Assembly: GCA_000002445.1 (NCBI GenBank)
Contig: CM000208.1
Coordinates: 384,001-448,000, forward strand
Direction of reading: 5' to 3'
DNA from: Trypanosoma brucei
Lineage: Eukaryota
DNA: 64,000 nt
Positions 1 through 12,324 of this stretch are shown here, in pieces. Position numbers and translations under genes: made by a program. The notes under the pieces were generated by a model. It searched no databases and was not told the DNA's origin. It saw only the letters and a program-made list of their open reading frames with translations. Positions within the stretch are counted from its first letter, which is position 1, and the number at the start of each line of letters is the position of its first letter.

Positions 1-1621
1 ACTGATCGTTACAAGCTTGGAGAGTATTAAGGCGTTCAAGAATGGCATCATCCGATTCGTTACCTGTGCGGCACGCTTCAAGTTCTTCAAGAAACTTCGC
101 CTCCTGCTCAGCCTTGTATTCCTCCAATTTCTGTCTGAGAAGTTCATCATGCTCAGCGATACGGTGACGCAACGAGTCTACCTCTCTTGCTGCATCAGCT
201 CTTTCACTTTCAAGTTGTTGTTGCAAGCCGGAAATGCACATCTCAAGCTCCTTAACACGAAGTGCCATTCCGGTTTCAACGCATACAGAAGGTGTCACAG
301 AGTCTCCCACACCAAATACAACAGCATCATCATCGTCCTCCACTCTTGGTTGAGAGGCCTCACCTTGTATAACCATTTTAGCAAAAGGATTCAAAGGAAT
401 ACCGGCGGTACTACTATTGTTTTCAGTTTCCTGTGTACTCTCAAGTGTGTGGATACGGTCTTGTAACTCACTTAGCTCCCTGATCATCGCTTTTTCGGCA
501 CGCTTCCGTTGTTTTATTTCCTCTTGCTTCTGCTGCTCTGTTTTTTCTTTACATTCCAGTTCTTTTTTTACCTTGTTGTAGGCAACGGTACTGTCCTCGT
601 TTATTTTCCGCTCGCGTGTTAATTCCTGCTCGAGGTTTTTTATGCGCTGGTGAGCGGCTTCTACTTCCTTTTTACTCACATCTACTTGTACGCCAAGCTC
701 TGAGTTTGCTGCTTCTAGTTGCAAAATACGTTCTTTGCACTTCGTTTCGCTCTCCTTGATCGTATCGCCTTCGTTCTGTATTGTTACCACTTCACCTCTA
801 AGGGCATTGTTATCATCTTTTAGTTTTTGCAGTTCTTTCGCTTTGAGTTCGAGAAGAATATGCAACTCCATTATTTGAGTTTTGAGACTGTCGTTCTGCT
901 CATTAACGCTTTCGAGTCGGAGTTGCAATTCCCTGTCGCGCTCCTGCAGTGCTTCTTGAAGACTTTGCAACTCTTCTTCCTTTTGCAGTTGCCTTGCATT
1001 CGCCTCGGTCACACCCTTCAACTCATTTGTTAGCACATCGATTTCAGATTCTTGGTTTCGAAGTTGAGCGTTCAGTTGCTCTATTTGTTGGTGCTGTATC
1101 TCCATTGTTTTGTGTAGCGTAGCTACATCTTTGTTATACGATAACTGCTTGAAGTCTTCATCATCACCATCCACACAGCTGACGGAAGGTCCACACATCG
1201 TTAACAACGCCACGTGGTGCAACTCCTCGGGTTCCGCGGGTGTTGACTCCGGAAATAACGGTTTGTCGGTGGGAGCGCACCACTCCGCCAACTTTGTTGT
1301 GGGCATGTTGTACTCCTTTGCTGTGATATTATCGTCCTGTGGCAAATGACTACTACCACTACTACCCATATTTTGTTTATGGGCTTTGGAAGGCTCCTCT
1401 GATGTAGTGATGAGGGGAGAATGAAGTTTCCCCTGCAGCGGCATCCATTGTTCTCCTTGAAGGTACCTTTTGAATATAATATATCCCTGGCGTCTTAACT
1501 GCTCGAATTTCTCGGGTGAGTGGCTCAAAATCTCTGCGCGCCGGGCTTCCATCATCGCGCGCCCGCGTTCCATATAAGTCTTCCTCGTTTCCTCATCCAT
1601 CGTGGCGAAAGGCCCATCCAT
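1..1621 (-). CDS. Coiled-coil protein, partial. The N-terminal part is in the window and the C-terminus lies beyond position 1.
   Basis: I translated the minus strand by hand at several points (positions 40, 250, 480-560, 1369-1744). The frame is open and heptad-like, rich in E, K, L and Q (e.g. ...KELEMCISGLQQQLESERADAAREVDSLRHRIAEHDELLRQKLEEYKAEQEAKFLEELEA...). The upstream in-frame stop is at 1745-1747. Candidate ATG starts are 1621-1619, 1444-1442 and 1369-1367, and I list the most upstream one. A minus-strand polypyrimidine tract lies at about 1975-2130. The plus-strand ORF 17..466 is antisense to this gene. Confidence 0.5.
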   Translation of the reverse strand, partial: MDGPFATMDEETRKTYMERGRAMMEARRAEILSHSPEKFEQLRRQGYIIFKRYLQGEQWMPLQGKLHSPLITTSEEPSKAHKQNMGSSGSSHLPQDDNITAKEYNMPTTKLAEWCAPTDKPLFPESTPAEPEELHHVALLTMCGPSVSCVDGDDEDFKQLSYNKDVATLHKTMEIQHQQIEQLNAQLRNQESEIDVLTNELKGVTEANARQLQKEEELQSLQEALQERDRELQLRLESVNEQNDSLKTQIMELHILLELKAKELQKLKDDNNALRGEVVTIQNEGDTIKESETKCKERILQLEAANSELGVQVDVSKKEVEAAHQRIKNLEQELTRERKINEDSTVAYNKVKKELECKEKTEQQKQEEIKQRKRAEKAMIRELSELQDRIHTLESTQETENNSSTAGIPLNPFAKMVIQGEASQPRVEDDDDAVVFGVGDSVTPSVCVETGMALRVKELEMCISGLQQQLESERADAAREVDSLRHRIAEHDELLRQKLEEYKAEQEAKFLEELEACRTGNESDDAILERLNTLQACNDQ

Positions 1622-2875
1622 CCCTCGCTGTGACGACCACGCGGATGGGTAAGCGAATGTAATCTTGTTTCTTAAAACGCAAAAGAAAAAAATCTCTAGG
1701 TACACTCGTACAGCGTTACAATTGTGATAAAGACAAGAGTCTGCTCAGGATATGGAAAAAGGAAATGAAGTTCCTCAGGCACCTATGTCCCCACAACCTT
1801 ATCAAACTAGTGGAAAATTCCCTCTGCCGGTGTGTTTTTTTTCCTCCCCCCTTTTATTTTTCTTGCACTCACTCCGCTTTGTCTGTATTATTCCCCTTTC
1901 TTCCTTCCCTCCCCTCCGCCCCGTTGTGCGACCAACAACGTACACGGGTGGTGGAAACGGAATTGTAAACTGGGAGAAAACCGTCCCCCCCCCAAAAAAA
2001 AGGAGAAAAAAACAAGAAAAAAACTTTGCTGCCGTGACTTCTGCCCACCACGGTAATTTGAGATATCACCCTCTGAAGAAAAAAAAAACAAAAAAGAGGG
2101 AAGAGGAAAGTAGAGAAATGCAGGGTGCAAAAAGAAACTTATTCCACACATCCGTCTCAGTGCAGTAGGGAGATTGGGAGCACAACATACCATGGAATTA
2201 TTGTAAACAAAATAATACATACAGTCGTTTCACCAAGTCACAACTGTAAGAAGGAAGAACGAAAAAAAAAAAAAGAGCAATTAGAAGTAAAAGCAATATG
2301 GTAATATATTTTGCGGAAAGTGGATCAGAAAACTAGGAGGTGAAGATACTGAAAATAAGTCAACAAAAACCACACTTCTCAGCACCAACTGTTGGTGTTG
2401 TATTCCGTAGCAACCACTATACGCAATGACCCCACGCTTGCGGTTGAGAAAATGAGGCCCTAAAGTGGAAAGCGTACTCCAACGAGAGGGTTGATGCTGA
2501 ACAACTAAGATATGAGAAGGAAGAAACTTCATTGGAAGAAGTCAGAATTAGAAACGTCCCGTTGCTCACATCACATAGGCCAGTCTACTTGATTTTATTT
2601 GCATTCCCTTTCCTTTGGATTTTTTTTTTCGCTGTTGTGAAATTCTCTACACACGAAAGGGATGTCTTGTTTCCAAACTGCGAGCTAAGTATTGCACGAA
2701 CCAGGGTCATCTGCCAAGCTCTGACATCCGAGCTTGACGACAGTCCGAACGAGACAGTATCCTGAGGAGCCGTTTTCATCCAATTCCCTACACTGCGGCC
2801 AATTGGAGCCGCGCCAAGTGGACTCCACGAATAACAAGGGAGGAAAACAGCAACAGAGAGTAGTAACAATGTTCT

Positions 2876-5416
2876 CTACACTCTGACGAATAGGTTTCGG
2901 TAGAGCCCCTCCACTTTGTGCAATAAAGCCTGGACGGTGCGCCTGTCCTCCTCGTGAGTGAGTGGAACGAGAGGTACGTTAAGCACTTGCACAGAGCCAC
3001 CCATAGTGGCATCAGCGATGATGGACCGGGTGGTCACCGTCGGTGAGTAAACTACCACCTGCTGCAACAGCAGACGCAAAATGGCCATTGCGTCCTCCCA
3101 TAGTTTCTTTCCCTGTAACTTCTTTGGCTCCAGTTCAGCTTCTAACACCCCCCTCTGTTTTTCGCGTTTGTCATCCGGGGTCAGCAAAAGCTGTTCAGAA
3201 GCCGCCCAGCGGATGAGATCAACAGCGTGCCGGAGCATCAACTCCTTCGCGGAAGGTAAGCAATCAAGCGAAGTACCTCGCGTCATTAACGTGAAGGAGT
3301 GCTGTGTAACTCCCTCCTCGTTGTCCGCCGCTGAACTTGCTGTTGTTTGAGTACCTTGGTTACTCTGAAGGCTCTGTTTGAGCTGAGACGCGGCTGTTTG
3401 AATGTACCCTTCTACCTGCTTGAGGTCATCCAAGGAGTCATGAAAGAGAGACGATGAGGCACTCATGTTTGGACCGTTCGTGGCGTTGGCAGCTCCTCCC
3501 GTATCCCCGGCAACATTGCTGCACTCCGAAAATACGGTATTTACTGCCGCACTAAGAAGATCCCACCCGTAGGATAGCAGAACAAGGCCTCGGCCTGGGT
3601 CACGCTCCCTCTCTACAATGTTATATTGCAGAATATGAATATACTCACGAAGCGCCAAGATAGTTTGCCTCTTCTCCAAAGTCGTTAAAACATTTCTACC
3701 GCCTTCACAATTCTCAACCGGGAGAACTGAATTATCCACTGCGCTGGGGTACTCAGCCAGCGCTTGTCCCGCAAGTGTCACCCCGCTTGCAGACCCCAGA
3801 GCATCAGCAAGTACGGACCTCGGTGATCCTCCTCTCACTAATACAGGTGCACTTCGAGGCTCTTCATGAGTAAACCACACGTGGTTCTTCACATCGATGA
3901 TTGTGCAGCGCTTTTTCGCCTCGGAATGCAGCATCTGCCGAAGCAATTCGTAGCAGCTGGGCGAAAGGCGCCTTCGATTCACGTATCCTCCCTCCTGTTG
4001 CGACAGCTCCCCACCCGCACCGTCTGTCGTAGAAGTTGATGCAGAGGGCGCACGATTTGTCATATCCAACTGCTCTGCACGCGCAATAGCACCAAGCAGA
4101 GCATCCGCCGAGCAGACGGTCGCTTTGGGGTAGATATAAGGGTGTCTAGCGAACAGTAATTCGTACATGATAACCCCCAGTGCCCATACCTCCGCTTGAT
4201 AGTCATAAGAATCGAAATTCAAGCGCTCCGGAGCCATGTAAGCCATAGTGCCAACAGCAGATTCAAACATTTCTTCGCCCTCCGTGGCCTCCAAAGCGGA
4301 GCCCTTTCGACTGTTAACCTTCGCCATACCCCAGTCGGCTACTTTCACTACCGCCTCATCGATATTACAGGATGTTAGAAGAATATTGGCTGGCTTTAAA
4401 TCACGGTGCATCACACCTCGTTCCCTAAGGAAACACAAGCAGTCAACCAGCTGCCGCATAATACGTCGGGCTTGCGCCTCCGATAGTGGGTCGTGCTTGG
4501 CCAAGTACTCTTTTAGGTCTCCCCCCTCGCAGAGCTCCAGAACGAGCACGTAGCTTGGTTCATTTTTGTCATCTATAGTTTCGTAAGTACCGTAAGCTTT
4601 GACGACGTTCGGATGACCCGGGCACCCAAGCAGGTCCATTATACTGATCTCGTCGGGTGTTTCATCCCTCTTTTTCGCTGGCGCCTTAATAATCTTCATG
4701 GCAACATGATACCCCTCTTTTATGTGCTTCCCACGGTATACTTCTCCAAACTGCCCTTTTCCAAGGCTTTCATCCATGTACATTTCATAGTCACCAACAA
4801 CACATGTGTTGCCCTCGCGTACAGGGGTACTAGGTCTCCATTTGCTATCAAAGTAATCACCTTCTACATTTCCCTGCATTATACGTGTGGCATCCACTGT
4901 CGGGTGTCGACGCAGCTCGATATCATCCCTCTCCACGTCGCTGGCCCGTCCTTTCCCTAGCACGCTTTGAGTGAAGAATTCCACTATACCATCACCCCCC
5001 AACCACTTCAGAAGAGCCATGGAGTACGCCCACTCACCTTCGATAACACTAAAATAGTCCACAACCCTAATAATATTGGGAAAATTTATGGCCAACACGC
5101 CCACTTCTTTTTGCACATACCTGCTCAACTCGTCCTTCTTGTTCGCAGGCCTCTTTAACACAGATACCACAACGTCGCAGTCGTCTTCCACATGTTTTCC
5201 ACGGAAAATAAGACCAATGCTCACGCTCCCGGCGACATTACTCCAGTCCACCTGGCTACAATGGCTTAGAAGCCCAGAAAGTTCCGCCATCCTCTGGACA
5301 TTCCTATAGTCATCGATACCAAAGCAATCAACATAGCCCTTAAGAATCTCTTCGGCACGGTCCTCAACTCGTTCGGGGCAACACCACGCCTTTCCACAGC
5401 TACAGCAAGATCTCAT
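2876..5416 (-). CDS. Serine/threonine protein kinase. The kinase domain is central, with a long N-terminal and a Ser-rich C-terminal extension.
   Basis: Glycine loop LGKGQFGEVY, the VAMK lysine, the catalytic loop HRDLKPANILL, DWGMAK (DFG with Phe replaced by Trp) and GTMAYMAPE are all present. The start codon at 5416-5414 is a true ATG. Confidence 0.85.
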   Translation of the reverse strand: MRSCCSCGKAWCCPERVEDRAEEILKGYVDCFGIDDYRNVQRMAELSGLLSHCSQVDWSNVAGSVSIGLIFRGKHVEDDCDVVVSVLKRPANKKDELSRYVQKEVGVLAINFPNIIRVVDYFSVIEGEWAYSMALLKWLGGDGIVEFFTQSVLGKGRASDVERDDIELRRHPTVDATRIMQGNVEGDYFDSKWRPSTPVREGNTCVVGDYEMYMDESLGKGQFGEVYRGKHIKEGYHVAMKIIKAPAKKRDETPDEISIMDLLGCPGHPNVVKAYGTYETIDDKNEPSYVLVLELCEGGDLKEYLAKHDPLSEAQARRIMRQLVDCLCFLRERGVMHRDLKPANILLTSCNIDEAVVKVADWGMAKVNSRKGSALEATEGEEMFESAVGTMAYMAPERLNFDSYDYQAEVWALGVIMYELLFARHPYIYPKATVCSADALLGAIARAEQLDMTNRAPSASTSTTDGAGGELSQQEGGYVNRRRLSPSCYELLRQMLHSEAKKRCTIIDVKNHVWFTHEEPRSAPVLVRGGSPRSVLADALGSASGVTLAGQALAEYPSAVDNSVLPVENCEGGRNVLTTLEKRQTILALREYIHILQYNIVERERDPGRGLVLLSYGWDLLSAAVNTVFSECSNVAGDTGGAANATNGPNMSASSSLFHDSLDDLKQVEGYIQTAASQLKQSLQSNQGTQTTASSAADNEEGVTQHSFTLMTRGTSLDCLPSAKELMLRHAVDLIRWAASEQLLLTPDDKREKQRGVLEAELEPKKLQGKKLWEDAMAILRLLLQQVVVYSPTVTTRSIIADATMGGSVQVLNVPLVPLTHEEDRRTVQALLHKVEGLYRNLFVRV

Positions 5417-6266
5417 ACCATCAAGTAACTTACCCTCTCCGTCACTTTATACCTAGAAGGAAACTTTTAAAAATATGAACTCACTCTTTACTGCTGTTTC
5501 TTTTCCGACCTCCCCCCCCCCTCCTATGACTGCCTTTGTGTACCAACTTTTACAAGAACAAAGAAAAAAAAAGAGCGCACAATTTCCTATACATCACCGA
5601 CATATACATCTGACCTCATCGTAACTACGGCGATCAGCACATATATACCACTTAACATCCAAACACCGTGCCGAACCCTAGTCCATTTCCACACACGATG
5701 GTGGTATATTGCCTCGGAGAGATGCAAACGGAGCTTGAAGTAGGAATTATATGCACCGCTGGAATTAGTCTCACCCACTCGTAAGCATCCTCATGACTCA
5801 TCCATCCTCAACTCCTCAAGTGAGGCACAACACCACCGACCAGGACTCACAGGGCAAAAAAGCAAGTGATTGACAAGCAACTGTTACCAGTACACCACCA
5901 TCAACCACCGAGGTCGGCACACATTACAAGAACAACGGTAATGTTATCCATCGCTTCGTTCATCGCTACGCTCCATGTGTTACACGGGAAAGAACTCTCC
6001 TCTCTTCTCATACCGGTTTCTTTATTAGCTATTCTTCGCATCCTTTTCCCATTCATTCATCCCTTGTGCTCACATATCTTCCCCAAGTATGATCATTGTG
6101 AAACAAGCGTAGGGGAAATAACAAAACAAGCACAAGGCACAAGAACTACCTGCTTACACAGGTAACATTAAATAGGGAGGAAGCATGGGAAAGTACAAAT
6201 TTACGTACGGGTAATTGCACCACAGAACCCCGTTGCCTCCCACCATCAGCACATCAGCGACCGCAT

Positions 6267-6926
<660 letters not shown>

Positions 6927-9838
6927 TCACGCGAGCTTTATGATATCTCTTGTGAAACCTTGTTACCGCAGAAGGAAAAGAAGATGCTAACATTGCACGA
7001 TAATTGGGTTAGGTTCAAGGTAGTGGACTACCAGGCACTGCATGATACCTGTGGGGACGGCCGCATTCACGTCAATATTGCCAGATTAAACAGAGACAGA
7101 GGGGAAAAAAATAAGAGGAGGGTGGAGGGAGAGGAACGTAAGCACCGTGTCCCGTCTCTTGGGGGGTAGAGACGTCAGTAACCAAATGTAGTTGTCGCTT
7201 TTATAGATGAAATGACCTTAAATGAGACCGGCGTACCATATGAGCCTAATGACGGGACGCTTTGGAAATACATCGCCGTGGTGTTAAGTCGCATTTTAGA
7301 AAAATCAGTCGACGCACATCAACCAGGGGCACCAAAGTGACCTGAAGGAGAGATAAAGGAAAGAAAGAAGAAGGGTATGTGTAGTATACAACTCATTTTC
7401 ATGTACACCTCATATGTTGCTTAGCTGTTGCTGGATGAGCATCACCACATGACACTCTACTCACACATGCATGCAGAAACACGCACACACACACACACAA
7501 ACATATATATGTATGTATACGTGTACATGTAGCTGAAAGTCCGTACATTTTTTCATGCGGGTGTATGTGTGCCTGTTATTTTTCTTTGGTTCACATTGGA
7601 CGCTGACAGAAACTGCGTCAGATAACAACTAAGATAAATATCGTCAAAAGGTGCAGAAAAAAATAAGGTTAAATGTGTGCACTGAGGATGACATGAGGAG
7701 ACAACAGAAGAAGTACTACCAACAGCAAGCAGCATACAATGCGTTATAACCGAAAACGGAAGAAAGGAAGGATGAAAGAAAGAAAGAAAGAAAGAGAGAA
7801 AATAAAGGACGGGGGAAGCGATGGTGGGAGGGGAGCAAATGTTCCTCGGCAGCAAAGGAGGGTAAAGGCCGACCAATGGAGGAAAAACAAAACAAAAAAA
7901 TTGGTGAGGCCTCACGGGGGGGGGGGGTTGAGAATTGAGAGGGATGGAAGAAAAGAAGAACACGTTCATACAAGACAAACACAAATACACGTGAAGCATC
8001 ACAAACACGAATTACGTGCAATCAACCTGCAGCGGAGAGGCAATAAAATAAAAAAAAAGAATGGCGGAGTGGAAAGGAGGAAACCAGCAGTTGAGCCCTT
8101 TCACACACACATAAAAAAAACTTAGCAGTGCACAACATGGCGGACCCGAACAGCTGCTACACAGTGATTGAGAAGGAAAATAAATAAATAAAAGAGTGGA
8201 AAGAAAGGGACGAAAATGAGAGGAGAGGAGAGGAGACGCATTTCCACATGTGGCGACCCGTTTTTCCAACCCCCACGTCATGAACTTTATATATTTTTCT
8301 TCCTTTTGTTTTTCTTCTTCCCCTTCCCTTTTCTTTTGTTTTTTTTTTGTTTTAAAGCCAGATTCATCCTCCCCTTTTTTTGTCCTTAAACAAAATAAAA
8401 ACTCGGCCATTGACGACCGGCTATTTGCTTGCCCTCTCCCTAACCCTGCACCTCTACCGTTTCTCTTCATGAGCTGCAAAACAAACATTCGCACGCCTTC
8501 TCCCAAAATACAATTACAAACACAAATACGCACAACAACTCATAAGCACAAACAACTTAACCACAGAAGACACAAAACAAAACAAAACATCCTGCCTTTA
8601 TTATTATTATTATTCCCCTCCATTTTTTTTTTTTGGGGGGGGGGGGGTTCACCGCCAACAAATAACTTTCTTCATTTCGCCATTTATCACATCATCACAT
8701 ATCTCAGCGCCCTCTACTGCATGGGTTTCAGTCACCCTTATTTTTATTTTGTTCCGCTTTGCATAACTTTTTTTTTGCTATTTAAAATTAACTAACTTCA
8801 TTTTTTTTCTTTTTTGCCGTTTGTCTCTTGTTTCACCTTATTTTAATCTTTTTTTTCTTGATTTTTTTCACACACGATTCCTTTTTTTTTTTCCGTTTCT
8901 TTTAATCTGCATGTGGATATACGCCCGTACGTACGCAACAGTTTCATCAAAAGGATATATATATATATATGTTTCTTTTTTTTTTCATTGGTTTTGTTTT
9001 GTTACTTGACAATTTCATTTCATTTTATTTCATTTCACTTTTCTTTTTTTTTCTTTTCTCCCCTTTCCCCTTTCCGTGCTATTCGCTATTTTCCTCCTTC
9101 CCTTTTCTCTCGCTCCCTCACCCCTTTTCCTCGCTACAACTTACAAACACAAACACAAACACACTCACACTCGCATGCGTGTACACACTTTTTCTTTTCT
9201 TTTCTTTTCTTTTCTTCTCTTTTCTCTTTTTTGATTTGTTTTGTTTTTTCTTTTAATTATCCGCGAGTGTTCGGGTCGTTGTTTTTGTTTGTTTGTTTGT
9301 TTCTTTTATTTCTTTTTTTTTTTGGGGGGGAGGGGGAGGTGTCTCTTTTCATATGGTCGCGATACTCATCGATTTTTTGTTTTGTTTTCTGTTTTTACAT
9401 CGGTGCATCTTCCGCCTCATTCTTTTCCTTTTCTTTTTTATCTTTTTTAAAAAACAAAAAACCTTTCAAGTCGTCCCTTTTCCTTCACCCGCACCTCCAA
9501 ACTCGTGTGTGTGTGGGGGGGGGGCTTTTTTTTTTTTCCTCCCTCCTGTTTTGTTCTGCCAACGGTACTTTTGTATTATTTTTTTTCTTCTTCTTTCTTC
9601 TTCGCTCCGATTTTTCTTTTTTTTTTTTTTGTTGTTTCAATTCATTTGCTCTTTTTTTTTTGAACTTTTCCTCTTGAGGAGGATATGGGGAGAAGAAAAG
9701 GAGTAGGAGGAGGGTTTTTTTTTTCATTCATTCATTCATTCATATCCACCCCCTTCCCTTCTCATTTCCTCCCTTACCGTTTATATGGTTGTTGCCTTTC
9801 TTTCTTTTCTTGTTTTGTTTTGTTGTTGTTTCATTTTT

Positions 9839-9841
<3 letters not shown>

Positions 9842-9882
<41 letters not shown>
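9842..9882. repeat. (TA)~20 dinucleotide microsatellite
   Basis: Direct reading of the sequence. Confidence 0.95.
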
Positions 9883-9884
<2 letters not shown>

Positions 9885-10738
9885 CATTTCAAGTAAAGAA
9901 TAAAAAAAGAAAAAAGAAAAAGAAAAGCCAACAGGATGGCCCTCCTCACAGCTGCATGTCACATTTATTTATTTTAACTCCTTCGTTGTTGTTTTGTTTT
10001 TGTTTTTGTTTTTGTTTTTGTTTTTTTTTTCCTCCTTCTCCCCCCACCTTTTGTTCTTTTTTTTTCGATTCTTCGGGGTCTTACGGCACTTTACCTGCTT
10101 CCATTCATCCATTTGAAAAAAAAAAAGAGGACGTGACGGGGACGGGGTGTGGGGGAGTAAAAACGAAAACAGCAGGCGCGGGTTCTTCCTTTTGTTATTA
10201 TTATTTTTTCTTTTTTTGTTCCTTTTGTTCCTTAAACATTAATATCATTTTATATAAAAACAAAACAAAACAAAAAACAAAAAAATTGCTCTCTCTCTCT
10301 CTCTCCCCGCCATTTTTGTTCCGTTTCATTCCGTTCTTGTGTATGTTATATCATATCATATCACTCAAGTTTTGTTTTTTCTTTTGTTTTTTTCTTTTTT
10401 TTCATTTTATTTTGTTTTTTGGTTTGCTTTGCCTCCCTCTCCCTCCTTCCCCACACCGCCGCGTATTTCCCCTCTTATTTCCTCTTCTCTTCACATGATT
10501 AATTTAAGTGCTATAAATAACCCTAATGGTAACAGTAACCGTCATAATAATAACAATAATAATAATGATGATGATGAAGATGATTGTGGCGGTGGTAGAA
10601 GCAGTAGTGTAAGTGAGCAGAAGGACGAATATAAATAAATAAATAAATATACAAATATATTCGCTCAAAAATACCCATACAAAACGGAAACACAGACACG
10701 AACGCGAACGCACGGACTCTTTCATATTTTGTTTTGTT

Positions 10739-10760
10739 ATATATATATATATATATATAT
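10739..10760. repeat. (AT)11 microsatellite
   Basis: Direct reading of the sequence. Confidence 0.95.
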
Positions 10761-11399
10761 AATATTTTGTTTATGTATCTTTTTTTTTCTTCTGTGGTTG
10801 CCTCTCCTTCCTTTGGAGTTTTGGCCCAACACATACCCGCTATTGCCTTTTTTTTTCCCTTCTTCTTCTTCACTGGTTTTCGGTTGTTGTTTATTCTTTA
10901 TTTATATATTTTTTTCTTTTTTTTTGTGTGTGTTTTTTTTTTGCTTCCTTTTCCCTTTACCTTTACCTTTGCCATTGTCATTCTTTCTTTTTCTCTTTTG
11001 TTGTTGTTTTTGCTAATATTTTCACTCTCTCTTTCTCTCTTTTTCTTTTTCTTTTCCTGAAAACACAAGCACAAACTTTCATTTGTTTCTTTTTTCTTGT
11101 TTTTTTTCCTTTTGCCTCTTTTGTTTTTCCCCCCTATTATTTTCCCCCCTTTTTTCTTTTCGTTTTTTTACTTTTTTTTGTTTTACTTTCCGTTCACTCT
11201 GCAATAACGGGACTTCTTATTTTTTTAAAAAAAATTTTTTCCATCATCTCGCAATTCCCCTCCCCCTTATCTTTCCTTTTCCCTTATCTTTCCTTTTTAT
11301 TTCTTTTTTTTCCTTTTCCTTTTCCTTTTTCTGTTGTTGTTGTTGTTTGTTTGAAAAATATGATAATTCCGTCCCTTCCGTTCCATTTCAATTAAACTT

Positions 11400-11575
11400 G
11401 TATGTAGAGGGAATCGCACAATGAAAAAGAAATAAGAAGAGAAAATAATAAAAAAGGAGAAAATAATAAAAAAAGTAAAAAAGTAAAAGCAAAAAAGCAA
11501 AAAAGAAAGAAAAGGGGAAGTTGGGAGAAGGGGGAAAGAAAAAAAAAAGAAAAGAAAAGAATGCACAAATCCCGG
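11400..11575 (-). promoter_or_regulatory. Strong polypyrimidine tract on the minus strand (A/G-rich on +), in the middle of the gene-free interval. It is a candidate trans-splicing or polyadenylation signal region.
   Basis: The + strand reads gaaataagaagagaaaataataaaaaaggagaaaa...gaaaaggggaagttgggagaagggggaaagaaaaaaaaaag. This is an inference from the known role of polyY tracts in kinetoplastid mRNA processing. Confidence 0.3.
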
Positions 11576-12324
11576 AATGCAATGTCCCACATCACACAAA
11601 TAAACGTCTAGCATCACATCACACAATTCCCCGCCACTTTGCAGCCACCATTCCTTCACACGTGCTTTTATAAATATAAATATATATTTCCCCCTCCTTT
11701 TTTTTAAAAAAAAAAGTAAGTCTCATTTCTTGTTTGTCTTTGTTTTTGTTTCATCTTTCATTTTTTTTTGTTCTTGTTGTTGTTGCTGCTGCTGTTCCAT
11801 TCCTATTCTTCTTCCCCCATGGCGAAGAGAAGGAGGAGGGAGAGAAAGGAGGAAGTAAAGGAGATAAAGCGACGGTTCATTTCTTACGCATAATAATAGT
11901 AATAATAATAATAACAGTAATAATGATTGTAATAATTACTCTTTCTTATCTGCTCATTGACCGATAACATCTCCACTCTCCAGTTCCTTTTTTCTCCTCT
12001 TCCTCTTTCTTTGTTTTCTCACTCTTTCTCTTCCTCTTTTCTTTTTTTTTTTGCTTCTTCGTCGATTTCCCCCTCCACACACACACATACTTCTTCAAAA
12101 GAAGATGGGGGAAAAACAAAGAAACAGAAATCGAAAGTAAAAAGAAAAAAAGAGAATGAGAGAGTAGGGAAAGGAAAAGGAAAAAAAAAATAGTAACAAT
12201 AGTAACAGTAATAACAGTAGTAACGACAACGGTGACAACTGTTATTATCATTATTATCATTATACTTCCATGTTCATTTTATTTGGTATCAGTGTACGGT
12301 GCAGCCATGGGGGACGCGTCTTTA

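Larger units (their letters stand above)
8250..11400 (+). repeat. C/T-rich low-complexity tract about 3 kb long on the + strand, with embedded microsatellites
   Basis: Read directly: runs of T/C interrupted by (AT)n, (TTTTC)5, (TTTG)n, (TTTTTG)5, (CT)n and (TA)20. The ORFs the track finds here are F/L/S-rich artefacts on both strands. Confidence 0.8.

Noticed and set aside
17-466. A 149-aa plus-strand ORF at the left edge
   Set aside because: It is antisense to the minus-strand coiled-coil gene, whose frame I verified by hand.
1752-2220. A cluster of overlapping ORFs on both strands in the 1750-2220 region
   Set aside because: This is the low-complexity upstream region (polyY tract and 5' UTR) of the coiled-coil gene. 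The ORFs are poly-K, poly-F and poly-P translations of homopolymers.
7553-11659. Many F/L/S/K/P-rich ORFs on both strands in the 5.4 kb low-complexity interval
   Set aside because: They translate homopolymer and microsatellite DNA (poly-F, poly-K, YIYIYI from (TA)n). There is no complexity or frame preference.
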